This document shows positions 8,598 to 18,977 of a stretch of 64,000 nt of DNA, one piece after another. Every line of letters starts with the position of its first letter. Positions within the stretch are counted from its first letter, which is position 1. The translations under genes were made by a program, and so were the position numbers. Source of the DNA: Chloropicon primus (Eukaryota); contig CP060761.1 of NCBI GenBank assembly GCA_023205875.1, forward strand, positions 496,001-560,000. The letters run 5' to 3'. The notes under the pieces were generated by a model, which worked only from the letters and a program-made list of their open reading frames with translations, did not search any database and had not been told where the DNA came from.

Positions 8598-10199
8598 TCA
8601 CGGCGCCTCCCACTGCGTGATTCCGGTCACAGTGTTATAATAGTAAGCCCTGCCGTCAGGGGTGTAGCAGACCTTCCAGTTCTCGAGGGCAGACTGCTGC
8701 TGCTGCGGTGGCTGCGGGGGAGGTGGAGCGGGCTGGCCGTAGGGCTGGCCCCCGTACTGCTGCTGCTGCTGCTGCTGTTGCTGGTGGTCGTAGCTGGATC
8801 GCGGGGCGCTGGGAGAATACGAGCCCGACCTGTGGCTGGCCGAGTTCTGCTGGTAGTCAAGGACCTCGACCGTGGACTGGGCCCTCGCCGCGGAGGAGGC
8901 TGGCTTCTTGTTCTTCTGCAAGGTCTTGTAGCCCTGGTCAAGCTCCTCCATCCACTCCTTGTGGGCCTTGTCGTACTTGCTCTTCGCCGAGTCCTTTTTG
9001 GTGGTCTCCCTCGCCTTTTGGATATCCGCCTTCGCCCTGGTCATGATCTCCAGCCAAAGGTCTCTCTCGGCCTTGGAGTCCGCCACAAGAAGGTAGTTCT
9101 GGATCGCCTCGCCCTTCCTGCTTTTCTTCTTCTGCACGGAAACCTGGATGGTCGGCCCGGGGCCGGCATCCTTATCAGGCTTCGATATGTCCAAGCACAT
9201 GCCCAAGTTGATGACACCCCTAGGCTTGCTCTGGGCCAAAACCTTGTCGTTCAGGAACCTGAAGAGGTAACCGTCCTTGAGGACGAACCACCTCTTCCTC
9301 CACGTCTTTATGTGCTCGCCCTGGGACTGCATCCAACCGTCGTAATCGGGCTGCTTCCAGTACTCCACTCCCTCTGGAATGCTGGTGACCCCGTCCTCTC
9401 CGTCATCGCCTTGGGCCACCTTGACCTTGCCCGCGATCCAGCCGACAATACCCTTCCTCTCTGCGCTCTCGCTGCCGGTGCACTGGCCCTCCTCGCCCTC
9501 CTCGTCGTCCAAACCCATCACCTTCCTCTGGTGCTCCTCCTTGTCGATCATCTCGCAAAGCTGCATGCAAGCCGCAGTGATCGTGTCCAGAATGTCATTC
9601 ACGTCCTTGCTCCCCCCTCTCAGCTCCACTTGCCTCTGCTTCCCGTCCTTGCTCGACCAGAACAAGAACGTGTCCTTGTCTCTCACAGCCCAACGAGAGA
9701 TGACGTTCAAGGGAAACGTTTCCAGACATCTGTTGTTGTACGTGTCCACCAGCTTCAGTCCATCCATCCCAATCTCGCAGTAAACGTCTTGGGTCTCCCC
9801 GAACTCTCCCTTGAACGTCATCTTATACCGCGGAGCACCGCTCTCGCTCCTTCCTACCCTCTGGCTCGACGTTTGGTTCCTCGACCTCGCACTCGCTCCT
9901 TCATACCTCGACGACGAAGCTGACGGAGCTTGGTACTGCTGGTCGCTGTACGTGATGTTCACCAACTCCTGCTGCTGCTGCTGCGTCGGAAGGCTCGGGT
10001 AACTCACACCACCACCACCTCCTCCTCCTCCTCCTCCTCCTCCTCCGTAAGGATGCTGCTGCTGCTGCGTCGTCGTCGAATAACCAAAAGAGGAAGAAGC
10101 ATTCGGTTGTTGTGCCGCACCGTAACCTGGATGGACTTGGCCGTCGGTCGTTCCTCCCGCACCGAAGGTGAAGTGGTACCCTCCTCCGTACTCGGACAT
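8598..10199 (-). CDS. FREE1-like PH-like domain + PH domain + C-terminal WW domain protein
   Basis: QDVYCEIGMDGLKLVD...FLFWS...ILDTITAACMQL; GVEYWKQPDYDGWMQSQGEHIKTWRKRWFVLKDG; WKVCYTPDGRAYYYNTVTGITQWEAP; ATG (MSEYGG) at 10199. Confidence 0.85.
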   Translation of the reverse strand: MSEYGGGYHFTFGAGGTTDGQVHPGYGAAQQPNASSSFGYSTTTQQQQHPYGGGGGGGGGGGGGVSYPSLPTQQQQQELVNITYSDQQYQAPSASSSRYEGASARSRNQTSSQRVGRSESGAPRYKMTFKGEFGETQDVYCEIGMDGLKLVDTYNNRCLETFPLNVISRWAVRDKDTFLFWSSKDGKQRQVELRGGSKDVNDILDTITAACMQLCEMIDKEEHQRKVMGLDDEEGEEGQCTGSESAERKGIVGWIAGKVKVAQGDDGEDGVTSIPEGVEYWKQPDYDGWMQSQGEHIKTWRKRWFVLKDGYLFRFLNDKVLAQSKPRGVINLGMCLDISKPDKDAGPGPTIQVSVQKKKSRKGEAIQNYLLVADSKAERDLWLEIMTRAKADIQKARETTKKDSAKSKYDKAHKEWMEELDQGYKTLQKNKKPASSAARAQSTVEVLDYQQNSASHRSGSYSPSAPRSSYDHQQQQQQQQQYGGQPYGQPAPPPPQPPQQQQSALENWKVCYTPDGRAYYYNTVTGITQWEAP

Positions 10200-10317
10200 G
10201 ACCTCTCTCTCTCTCTCTTCTTCTTCTTCCTCTCTCTCTCTCTTTTGTTGGTCGCCTCGCTCGCGGTTTGTCCCTTCTGCTTCCGCCTGCCTTGGTCTCG
10301 TCGAATTTTGAGACTGG

Positions 10318-10456
10318 GAGGAGGGGAGGGGATGAAGGGGAGGGGAGGGAGGGAGGAGAGGAGGACTGCATTGGGAGCGGGAGGGGCTGCATTGGCTTCC
10401 AGTGCCTCTCAGTAGCTTCCATCTTGGCTTTTGTATCGTTTCGTCCACCAGAAGCA
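10318..10456. repeat. Dispersed repeat of about 140 bp, copy 1 (copy 2 at about 22805-22947)
   Basis: GGAGGACTGCATTGGGAGCGGGAGGG...GTGCCTCTCAGT.GCTTCCATCTTGGCTTTTGT.TCGTTTCGTCCACCAGAAGCA shared with few substitutions. Confidence 0.9.
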
Positions 10457-10628
10457 GCAGCAGAGAGAAAGAGAAAGAGAAAGAGAAAGAGAAAGAGAAG
10501 GAGAGAAATTAGGATTAGGATGAAGGTGAGGGTGGTGAAGGGGCCTTCACTGGATTAGTATAAATGTTGCATCCCATCGTGTCTCCCACCTTCGCTTTTG
10601 CTCCAACCGCCAGAAGCAGCAGCAGCAG

Positions 10629-10667
<39 letters not shown>

Positions 10668-10728
10668 CATCGGAATGCATTAAGGATGGATGAACACCTG
10701 GCGTACAATACACCGCATTAAAATAATC

Positions 10729-11805
10729 CTACACCGCTGCGTGGCTTCCAGCAAGTTCACCGTCTGGAAGCCTCTTGTACATCTTCATGGGCCTCTGCTT
10801 GAAATGCTTCGATTTCGTGCACTTGTCGCTCTCCTCGAGAAACGCGAAACCGTACTCGCGTTCCAGCAGACCAGTGAAGTCCTGCGGCTTTATCTCGAAT
10901 GCGCTGGGATCAAACAGCCTTTCCTTGGAGCTGCAGTCCTCGCTGAAGAACTGTTTCAGCTCCCCCTTCTTCTTGGAGTTCTTGTACGAGTTCCAAGCCT
11001 GGTACTCGAGGCACAGGATCCCCCCCACCCGAAGGATCTTGGAGAAAAGCTCGAACAGGTCCCGAATGCCCTTGTCCCCGTAGCATAGATGGACCCACTT
11101 CACCACGCTGAAGCACATGACCGTGTCGTAGCTCCTCTCCTCGTAGTTCCAACGCATGAAGTCGGTGTGAATGAACGCGGTGTTGTCGAGGGCCCTCAGA
11201 CGCTCCTCGGCGTCGTGCCGCCCCTCGCCCCGGACGAGACTCTTCTTGTCCTCGAGCCTCCTGCTCGCCACGCGGATCAGCTCGGCGTCCACGTCGATGC
11301 CGACCATCGTCCTGGGCTTGTATTCGGACGCCAGCTCGACACAGATGGGCCCCTCGTTGCACCCCAAGTCCAAGCAGTCCTTGCCCCTGATCCAGTCCTC
11401 CTTCATCGTCATGCACCTGGGATCGCAAGCGAAGACGTTCTCCGAGGTGTGCCTCCGCGCGTAGTAGTGGTGGTAGTTCCCGTACCGCCCGTGGAGGATG
11501 TCGTACTGCCTCTCCCCTCCCTTGGCCGCCGTGTAGGCCGGGTCGTACCTCCTCCTCACCTTGGAGGGTCTTCTGCGCGACGACTGGCGGTGGCCTCCGC
11601 GCTGACGCTGCGGCCCGGGTCGGGATGACGACTCTCGCACGATTCTCGTCTCTTGGGGCCCTTCGCCGCCGCCATCGTCGTTGTCGTCGTCCCCCCTGCT
11701 TCCTCGCGAATTTAGCGCGACGCTCCGAGGAACCTTTCCCGTGGCACCCGCCCAGGAGGAGGAGGAGGAGTCCGAGGACCTCTTCTTCGAGGCGGTCAAG
11801 GCCAT
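10729..11805 (-). CDS. Bin3/MePCE-like RNA methylphosphate-capping methyltransferase
   Basis: YGNYHHYY, CLDLGCNEG, GIDVDAELI, CFSVVKWVHL.YGD.GI, GGILCLEYQAWNSY. Confidence 0.88.
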   Translation of the reverse strand: MALTASKKRSSDSSSSSWAGATGKVPRSVALNSRGSRGDDDNDDGGGEGPQETRIVRESSSRPGPQRQRGGHRQSSRRRPSKVRRRYDPAYTAAKGGERQYDILHGRYGNYHHYYARRHTSENVFACDPRCMTMKEDWIRGKDCLDLGCNEGPICVELASEYKPRTMVGIDVDAELIRVASRRLEDKKSLVRGEGRHDAEERLRALDNTAFIHTDFMRWNYEERSYDTVMCFSVVKWVHLCYGDKGIRDLFELFSKILRVGGILCLEYQAWNSYKNSKKKGELKQFFSEDCSSKERLFDPSAFEIKPQDFTGLLEREYGFAFLEESDKCTKSKHFKQRPMKMYKRLPDGELAGSHAAV

Positions 11806-11980
11806 GGCTGATCGCGATGGCAGCAGCGAGGATGGGTGTCAGCAGCGAGCGATGACTCGGTCAAAAGAAACCCCCAGCACTGCGAGGCGACGCCTTGCCC
11901 TGACCTTGACACACGCGCACGCACTTCCTGCTCCTCCCTCTTCTTCTCCTGTGGAAGAGTGCTTCCCTGGTCTCACCAAC

Positions 11981-12345
11981 GAGTCAAATCGAGCAAACGA
12001 CCAATCGATGGAAAGATCACGATATGTTCTTCCGCATCAAAGAAATCAATTCACCTCGTTCCCTCTTCCTCGCTCCCTACCCTCGTTCGCGTCCTTGGCT
12101 CTCCCTCTCCTCGCCGTCCAGCGGCGCTGTGTGTGGATTTTGATTTTTGATTGCACACCAATGGGTCAAATCAAGCAAGCGACCAATCGATGGAAAGATC
12201 ACGATATGTTCTTCCGCATCAAAGAAATCAATTCACCTCGTTCCCTCTTCCCCGCTCCCTACCCTCGTTCGCGTCCTTGGCTCTCCCTCTCCTCGCCGTC
12301 CAGGTCCAGGGGGGGCGCTGTGTGTGGGAGGATTTTGATTGCACT
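11981..12345. repeat. Tandem duplication, about 182-bp unit x2
   Basis: CCAATCGATGGAAAGATCACGATATG at 12001 and 12183. Confidence 0.9.
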
Positions 12346-12500
12346 CGTATTGCCTATTTTGTGTACACTCGTTTCTCACCCTTATCCTGAATTCTAATGA
12401 GAGACAACTATTGGTTCTCAGAAGAAGAGAGAGAGAGAGAGAGAGAGATCTTGATCGATCGACAACTGCTTTGACGACGACGACGACGACGGACGACAGG

Positions 12501-13256
12501 ATGATTGCCAAGTGCACCATGACAACCAGAACGACCGCCTGCGTCAGGCAAACTACCGCATGCTCTGTCAGAAGGCAAGCGACTGTCGCTAAAGGTAAGA
12601 CGAACACGAACACGAACACGAACTGAAACGAGAAGAAGAAAACCATTTTTTTTTTCTCAAACTGCACTCAAGGTTCGATCGATCGTACGGATCGTAGGAC
12701 GTAGGACGTGCCAAGGCATGCCTTTTCTTTCTGTGGGAGAGGAAGAAGCGGCGCGATCGTCGTAACGCTTGGACTGACACGCCTCGCTGCTCTCGCTCTC
12801 TCGCTCTCTCGCTCTCTTTCTCTCTCTTTTCTCTGATGCAATCAATCTCGTCATCTGCAGTTGCCAAGCCAGACAGGTTTGCGGAAGCGAAGAAGGTGTT
12901 GAGGAAGGAGCTTCCCAAGATCGAGGCTGCCGCGGTTGTGGGAGCTGCCACGCTCACCGCTTCCCCTGCCTTCGCCCTCGTTGACAGGAGGTTGAACGGT
13001 GACGGAACCAGGCTTCCTTTCGGAATCAACGATCCTATCTTGGGATGGATCCTTGTCGCTGTCTTCGGAGGTGAGTCTCCCATTTCCTTCCATCGGCTTG
13101 ACGAGTGCCTCTTCGATCCTCGTGTGTCACTGACGCCTTCCTCTCTCTCTCCCTCTCCCTCTCTCTCTTGCAGGCGTCTGGGCTGTGTTCTCTCAGTCCA
13201 CTGGCGAGCTCGGCGCCGGTGAGGAGGACGGAGAGGATGGCGGACTCTCTTTGTAA
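12501..13256 (+). CDS. PSBW: Photosystem II reaction centre W protein (exons 12501-12594, 12861-13070, 13174-13256)
   Basis: Transit peptide with AFA cleavage site, LVDRRLNGDGTRLPFGINDPILGWILVAVFGGVWAVF...EEDGEDGGLSL*; GT-AG introns with consistent phase. Confidence 0.9.
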
Positions 13257-13402
13257 AGCGGGCCACGGAAGGAGGGGAACCGAGACTCTCTCTCCCTTGG
13301 AACCAAATAAAGCAAAACGAAAAAACAAAAAGCATTTCTCTTAAACGTACGTGTGTTTGTTTATAGGAACTACGGCAACAACAACATTAGTTTTCATTCA
13401 TT

Positions 13403-14842
13403 CTAGAACGCGACTGCTGCCGCCGAGCTTGGCCTCGATGGCAAGCTCGGCAAGGTTCCGGTGAACCACTTGACCATGGCGAGGCTCACTTTGGGCTGGT
13501 CCATCGGCGCGAGGTGCCCCGCGTCGTACATTCTCAGAAAGGTGAAGTTCTCGAACTGCCTCACCTGCGCGACCGAGTCCTTGCCCTGGTGCGGGGTGAC
13601 CTCCACGTCGCTCGCGGCGTTGAAGCCTTCCTTGCCGCTCCAGTCGAGGTCCAATGTCCAGGCCTTGTTGCCGATCCAGTTGCAGATCCAGTCCATGTCG
13701 CCCGCGTAGATCATCACCTTGACGCCGTTCTCCAAGAGCTGGACCACTTGCTTGTCAAAGTTTTTCATCCAGTCCGCGGCGAACATGGCGTTCACGGTGT
13801 TGTTGCAGTCCTGCCACTCCACGTGCGAGGGAACGCCCAGAATCTCCTTGACCGTCGCGTTGTTCATGAACGTTCCGACGTTGGAGAAATCGTAGCACAA
13901 CGGGTGCTCCTTGTCGCACTCAAGTCTAATGTCGTACGGGTTCGTGCCGCTCGCCTGGAAGGGCATGAACATCATGGCCTGGCATACCTCCTGGGCCTGG
14001 ACGCAGGCGCTCGTGTCGTTCTGGCACTTGTCGATGCTCTGCTTGCACAAGGGCCATCCGGCCTTCTGGAGCAGGTAGGCGGGGTACGAGATGATCGGGT
14101 GGCCGATCCTCTTTTTGGCGTAAGTGTACGCCAGCTCGGGGTAGTACTTGAACTGGACCGACGGGACAGTCAAGCCGTTCCCGATGCCAACTCCGACCAA
14201 GTTCACCTCGTCCATCACCGCCGCGGCGACCGCAGGCACGTAGTGCCCGCCGTAGGACTCCCCGAAGAGGAAGAAGTCCCGGTCCCTCAGCTCAGGGTGG
14301 GCCTCGAAGAAGTCGAGGAGGAAGGACCCCACGTGCTTCGCGACACCTTTCTCGTTGTGGTCCTCGTCCGATTTCGAGCCATTGCTGTAGCTGTACCCCA
14401 CGCCACAGGGCTGGTCGATGTAAATCACCGAGGCCGCACTCGTCCAGCTGAACTCGTTTCTCCTGGGGAACGCTCGGCCCCCGTCGAGCAGGCAAGGACC
14501 GTTCTCCAGGAAAAGCGCAGTCGCATCGCTGCACCCGGGCCCTCCCGTCATCCACAAGATGACCGGATCCTTCGCCGGGTCGGACCTCGACTCGAAGAAC
14601 CAGTAGAACATGTTCAAGTCCCTCGTCCCTGTCACTCGGTAGTACCCTGCCTCCTGATTCACCGTGGGGTCGCACAGCTCCCCGAGGCTCCGAGCGTTAC
14701 GACTCGTTACCTCCAACCTGCCGCTGAAGTTGTCCCCGCCGAGCTCGTAGCGCATCGCCAAGCACGTCGTGAACGCAAACGCGGCGAGAACGACGAAGCT
14801 CGCGCCGCCACATCTTCTCGCCCACATCGTCGGAGCCACCAT
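13403..14842 (-). CDS. Serine carboxypeptidase (peptidase S10)
   Basis: WMTGGPGCS, GESYGGHY, YAGDMDWICN, DAGHLAPMDQP; N-terminal signal-like segment. Confidence 0.95.
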   Translation of the reverse strand: MVAPTMWARRCGGASFVVLAAFAFTTCLAMRYELGGDNFSGRLEVTSRNARSLGELCDPTVNQEAGYYRVTGTRDLNMFYWFFESRSDPAKDPVILWMTGGPGCSDATALFLENGPCLLDGGRAFPRRNEFSWTSAASVIYIDQPCGVGYSYSNGSKSDEDHNEKGVAKHVGSFLLDFFEAHPELRDRDFFLFGESYGGHYVPAVAAAVMDEVNLVGVGIGNGLTVPSVQFKYYPELAYTYAKKRIGHPIISYPAYLLQKAGWPLCKQSIDKCQNDTSACVQAQEVCQAMMFMPFQASGTNPYDIRLECDKEHPLCYDFSNVGTFMNNATVKEILGVPSHVEWQDCNNTVNAMFAADWMKNFDKQVVQLLENGVKVMIYAGDMDWICNWIGNKAWTLDLDWSGKEGFNAASDVEVTPHQGKDSVAQVRQFENFTFLRMYDAGHLAPMDQPKVSLAMVKWFTGTLPSLPSRPSSAAAVAF

Positions 14843-15364
14843 CCTCTCCCCAGGCCTCCTCCTCCTCCGTCCTCTCGCTTCCTCGCTTCGTAGCTTCCTC
14901 GCCGCGGGGCCGTTTCTTTCGACCGAGGGCTCTTTCGAAAGATCGCGAGACGCTTGTTCCCGATCACTCAACCCCTCTCAGCAAAGTGGACCCCGCTTCC
15001 CTTGCGCGCAACGATTGCTCTTGCCCCTCGCACCTTCCTCTGCCTCAATCTGTAGCAATTTTTTTTGTGTTCTGGGGAGATGAACCAACCCCCCAACGGT
15101 CTGACGAGGTGATGTCGCTGTTTGGTCCCATGGACAACTTGAAGTGAAGTGGGTGCTTGTGTTGGTTTGTGTGGTGCGGGAAGGGGGCAGGCCTCCGTGG
15201 CACTGCCCAATGCCTGTGTCCAAGGGTGAGGGGTTGTCGAAGTTTGTCAAAAATAAATTTGAATAATAAAAAGTATTTCCATCCCCCTGGGTTTTCTGCT
15301 CCTTCTTCCTCACAGATGGAGGAGAATGACACGGCAGAAGCTTTCAGCCGCCCAAGAATATCTA

Positions 15365-16654
15365 TCATGCGATCTCAATGTCCTTGTCCCGCAAGTTTCT
15401 CAGGTTCAGGTACACGTCCACACCGTAGCCGTTGACGTTCACGATTTCCAGGTCTCCGCCAAAGTACCTGGCGTGCAGCCGGGACAGGGGGAGGCCGAAA
15501 CCGAGACCGGCCATCTTGCTGTGGGAGTTGCTCCCCGCCGCCGCGCCGGAGAGATCCAGCGCCCCACCCTGGTCCAGGCCCTGGTCGATCTCGAGTCCAG
15601 CGTTCTCGTCCACGGTGGTGTAACCGTAGTTCCACACCTTCCTCTCGTCCACGCTGTCGATCCCCCCGCCCTGGTCGCTGATCTTGATCGTAACGGCGCA
15701 GCGACCCTTGCATATCTTCACGGTGACCGACGGCATCTTCTTCCGCCTGCTGCCCTTTCCGCCCCCCGACAGGATGGAGTTCTCCACCGTGGCCCTCAAG
15801 GCGTTCTTCATCAGCTCGAAGAGCATGTAGTCCAAGTGGGCCGGGATGTAAGAGATGATGGCGTCCTCCCCCTGGTCACCGATCACCCTGACCTCCGGAG
15901 ACGTCCCGTAGGTCTCCACGCACGCCTGCTGGGCCTTCCTGTACGCGAAGTCCACGGCCTCGTGCAGGTCCAGCTGGGTGCAGACGATGCCGACGAAGTT
16001 CTGCCGCTTCTGCTGCAGGGCGACGTGCTGCTCCGCGAGAATCCTCCTGGATATCCTCGACGTCAGCATGCTGTTCAGGAAGGAGTCCAGCTTCAGCTGG
16101 TCCCCGATGAAAGGCTTGGACTTGCACTCCCTCAGCCCGGCCGCCAGGGCCTCCACCATCGGGCCGTGCTCGTCCACCAGGCGCTTGAGCAGCACGGTGA
16201 AGTCGGCGTTCGACTCGTCGTCCTTGACCTCCGGGAACTTTCGCAGGGTCTGGAACGCGTTGTAGTACGAATTGTACACCTTCTTGATGTTCGGGTTGAT
16301 GACAACGATGTAGGGAAGAAACTGGAGGTCGAGAAGCCTCCTGGCCAGGCGCTTGGGAAGCTCCTTCTGAAGGAAGCGGGCGTTCTCCCAGACCACAGAG
16401 TGCCTCTCGTCCACCTGCGCGGCGTTCCCTATCTTCATCAGCTTCTTCAAGTTCACCACCTCGTTGTGCTCCTCCTCGTGGGCGGCGTACTTTTGGATCA
16501 GGTTGTCGTAAAACCCGGGCGTGAAGTCATCCTTCCCGTTCCCGTTCTTCGTGCTCGACGAGGGAGGCTCCGAACCCCTGGACTCCATCCACACCGCACG
16601 GCACCGAAGCGCCAGCCTCGCAAGCGGCATCCTCCTCGCCACAGTCGTCGCCAT
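15365..16654 (-). CDS. Mitochondrial pyruvate/branched-chain ketoacid dehydrogenase kinase
   Basis: FLQKELPKRLA, SRISRRILAEQH, FELMKNALRATVE, ISDQGGGI, MAGLGFGLPLSRLHARYFGG. Confidence 0.93.
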   Translation of the reverse strand: MATTVARRMPLARLALRCRAVWMESRGSEPPSSSTKNGNGKDDFTPGFYDNLIQKYAAHEEEHNEVVNLKKLMKIGNAAQVDERHSVVWENARFLQKELPKRLARRLLDLQFLPYIVVINPNIKKVYNSYYNAFQTLRKFPEVKDDESNADFTVLLKRLVDEHGPMVEALAAGLRECKSKPFIGDQLKLDSFLNSMLTSRISRRILAEQHVALQQKRQNFVGIVCTQLDLHEAVDFAYRKAQQACVETYGTSPEVRVIGDQGEDAIISYIPAHLDYMLFELMKNALRATVENSILSGGGKGSRRKKMPSVTVKICKGRCAVTIKISDQGGGIDSVDERKVWNYGYTTVDENAGLEIDQGLDQGGALDLSGAAAGSNSHSKMAGLGFGLPLSRLHARYFGGDLEIVNVNGYGVDVYLNLRNLRDKDIEIA

Positions 16655-18212
16655 CCTCACTTGCTCAACAAATTAAAAAGAAAAAAAGAGGGAGACGGAC
16701 CTAAAACCCAAACCTTATCCCGGTATCGAACGATCGATCAATCGATGATGCTCAATGCTGCTGCTGCTGCTGCTCTCCGTCTGGAATGCTTCCAATCGAG
16801 TTGTCGTGACGAGGCAGCAGTCGTTCGACCCGTCGCTAAAAATCTCGCGAGATGCCTCACACTTTGGTCCCCGCGCTCACCCTCCTCCGCACACGAAACT
16901 CGAAACAATCCTCTCCTCCTCTCTGCCACCTTTGCCGTTGCTCCCTTCTGCCGATGAAAAAGCAACGCACCGTGGCGCTCGGGCGCCAAAACGAGCGCGA
17001 AAGGAGTCGACGGAAAGAGGAAGCGATGGCGCTTGGCTTTCTTTTCGAATTCTCACGGACGTCTTTCTCCGCCGGACGTCGTCGTCGTCCGAGTCACTCC
17101 TGAAAAGCTTTTCCTCTCTTTGGCCTCGATTGACTTTTGAAAAGAGAGACCAGGACAACAGAGGGAGTGGAGGGAGTGGAGGGGAGGAGGAAGTGTGATG
17201 TGATGTGATGTGATGTGATGTGATTGTGATGTGATGCTCGATTCGTTGCTTCCTTCCCCGGTTTCCTCATTGTCCTTCCTCCTCCCCCTCCTTCGTCATC
17301 ACCACCGTCATCGTCATCACCTCTCGTAAGTGGAGGGAGGTGTACTTGCACCAACAACACCAATGGAGAGAGAGAAAGAGAGAGAAAGAGAGAGAAAGAG
17401 AGAGATGAGAGATGCGAACAAGAGAATGCTTCTCTCCCCTTCTGCTCCATTGTCATCATAAGCATTGCCATCACCAATCTTGTCTTTGTCTTTCTGGACC
17501 CACAAAGTCAAAGTAGTCTGCAGTATCAAAGCTCAAAAGAGACACAAGGACACAAGAGAGGCAAAGAGAGAGAGAATAGGAGAATCAAGAGGGAGATCAG
17601 GCCAATGCTTCCCACCACCACCATCTTCCTCTCATCTTCTCCCTCTCTCTCTCTTCTGTAACTTGTCTCAAGCTCAGAAGAGACACACGGACAGAGAGGC
17701 AAAGAGAGAGAGCGAATGAGAGATCGAATGAGAGATCGAATGCGAGAGAATGAGGATGAGAGGTATCAAGAGGAAGATCAGGCCAATGCTTCCCACCACC
17801 ACCATCTTCCTCTCATCTTCTCCCTCCTTGTCTCTTCTGTCTCTCTTCTGTTCTGATTGATCCACTCCTCCGATGGCGTTCAATCCGTGTACCTGAAAAT
17901 CGGATGGTGGAAATTGGCGTTGATCCGATAAGAAAGCGAGGACGAGAGGCTCTCATTGGTTTCACGAGGTGGGTGGGCAAAAACAAGTGAAACGCGACGC
18001 GATAAGGGCGAAGGTTGGTGCGAGGGACGCCACCAATGAAAGCGTCTCTCTCTTGTCTTTCGTTCGACCCCTCGCTCGAAGGGAATGGCGCACGAGAGAG
18101 GATACCACGAGGGAATGACGGAGTGACTGACGCGTGGTTTTTGCTTTCTCTCCTGTGCATGGGATGGCCCAGTTGACGAGAAGAGACGAAGAAGAAGAAG
18201 GACAAGCACGAC

Positions 18213-18793
18213 ATGTCGCACGCCATGAGACAGACGAGCAGAGTGAGCAGGGGACTCGCCAGACAGGTAAGGGAGTCACCTCCTTCTTCCGCACGAGCCA
18301 TCCGCCTCCACAGAGGAGAGGCCGGTCCGATCCGATCCGATCCGTGGAGAGATTGGGTGGGATTCCGTCGTCCTTCCCTTTGCGAGATGGTCGACCTGAC
18401 GCCTCTCGACTTGTTTGCTGACCACGCGAACCGCTTTTCTCCGCCTTCCTGCCGCATTCCGCACCATCAACAACGCGACGGCCGACGACACGACCGCAGG
18501 CACCAAAGCTGTCTGTGAGATCTCGTGGAGGAGCCACCAGGAGGGTGACCGTGAGCGCCGCCAGCGCCGACACCTTGGGCAAGGTGCAGGGCATCATCGC
18601 CGAGCAGCTCGGAACCGACGTCGAGAAGATCGGTTCGGACGCCAAGTTCGTCGACCTCGGAGCGGACTCCTTGGACACCGTGGAGATCATGATGGCCCTC
18701 GAGGAGGAGTTCGACATCACTCTGGACGAGGAGGGTGCCGAGAACATCGCCACCGTCCAGCAGGCCGCCGACATGATCGAGGACATGAAGTGA
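18213..18793 (+). CDS. Plastid acyl carrier protein (exons 18213-18266, 18500-18793)
   Basis: [20 protein letters not shown] phosphopantetheine site; transit peptide split by a phase-0 GT-AG intron. Confidence 0.92.
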
Positions 18794-18977
18794 GGAGGTC
18801 TCCAAGCCCCCCTTGTCTTTGAATTCAGCGGAATAAAAGGGTGAACCGTGACACGGCGGACACATGCATACATACAGAAAACGAACGCGTTGCAACAGAT
18901 TTTTCGTAGTAAAGCTTAGTTAAAAAGAGAAGGTCCACCCCTCGCCTCGCCTCGCCTCGCCTCGCCTCGCCCCGCTC

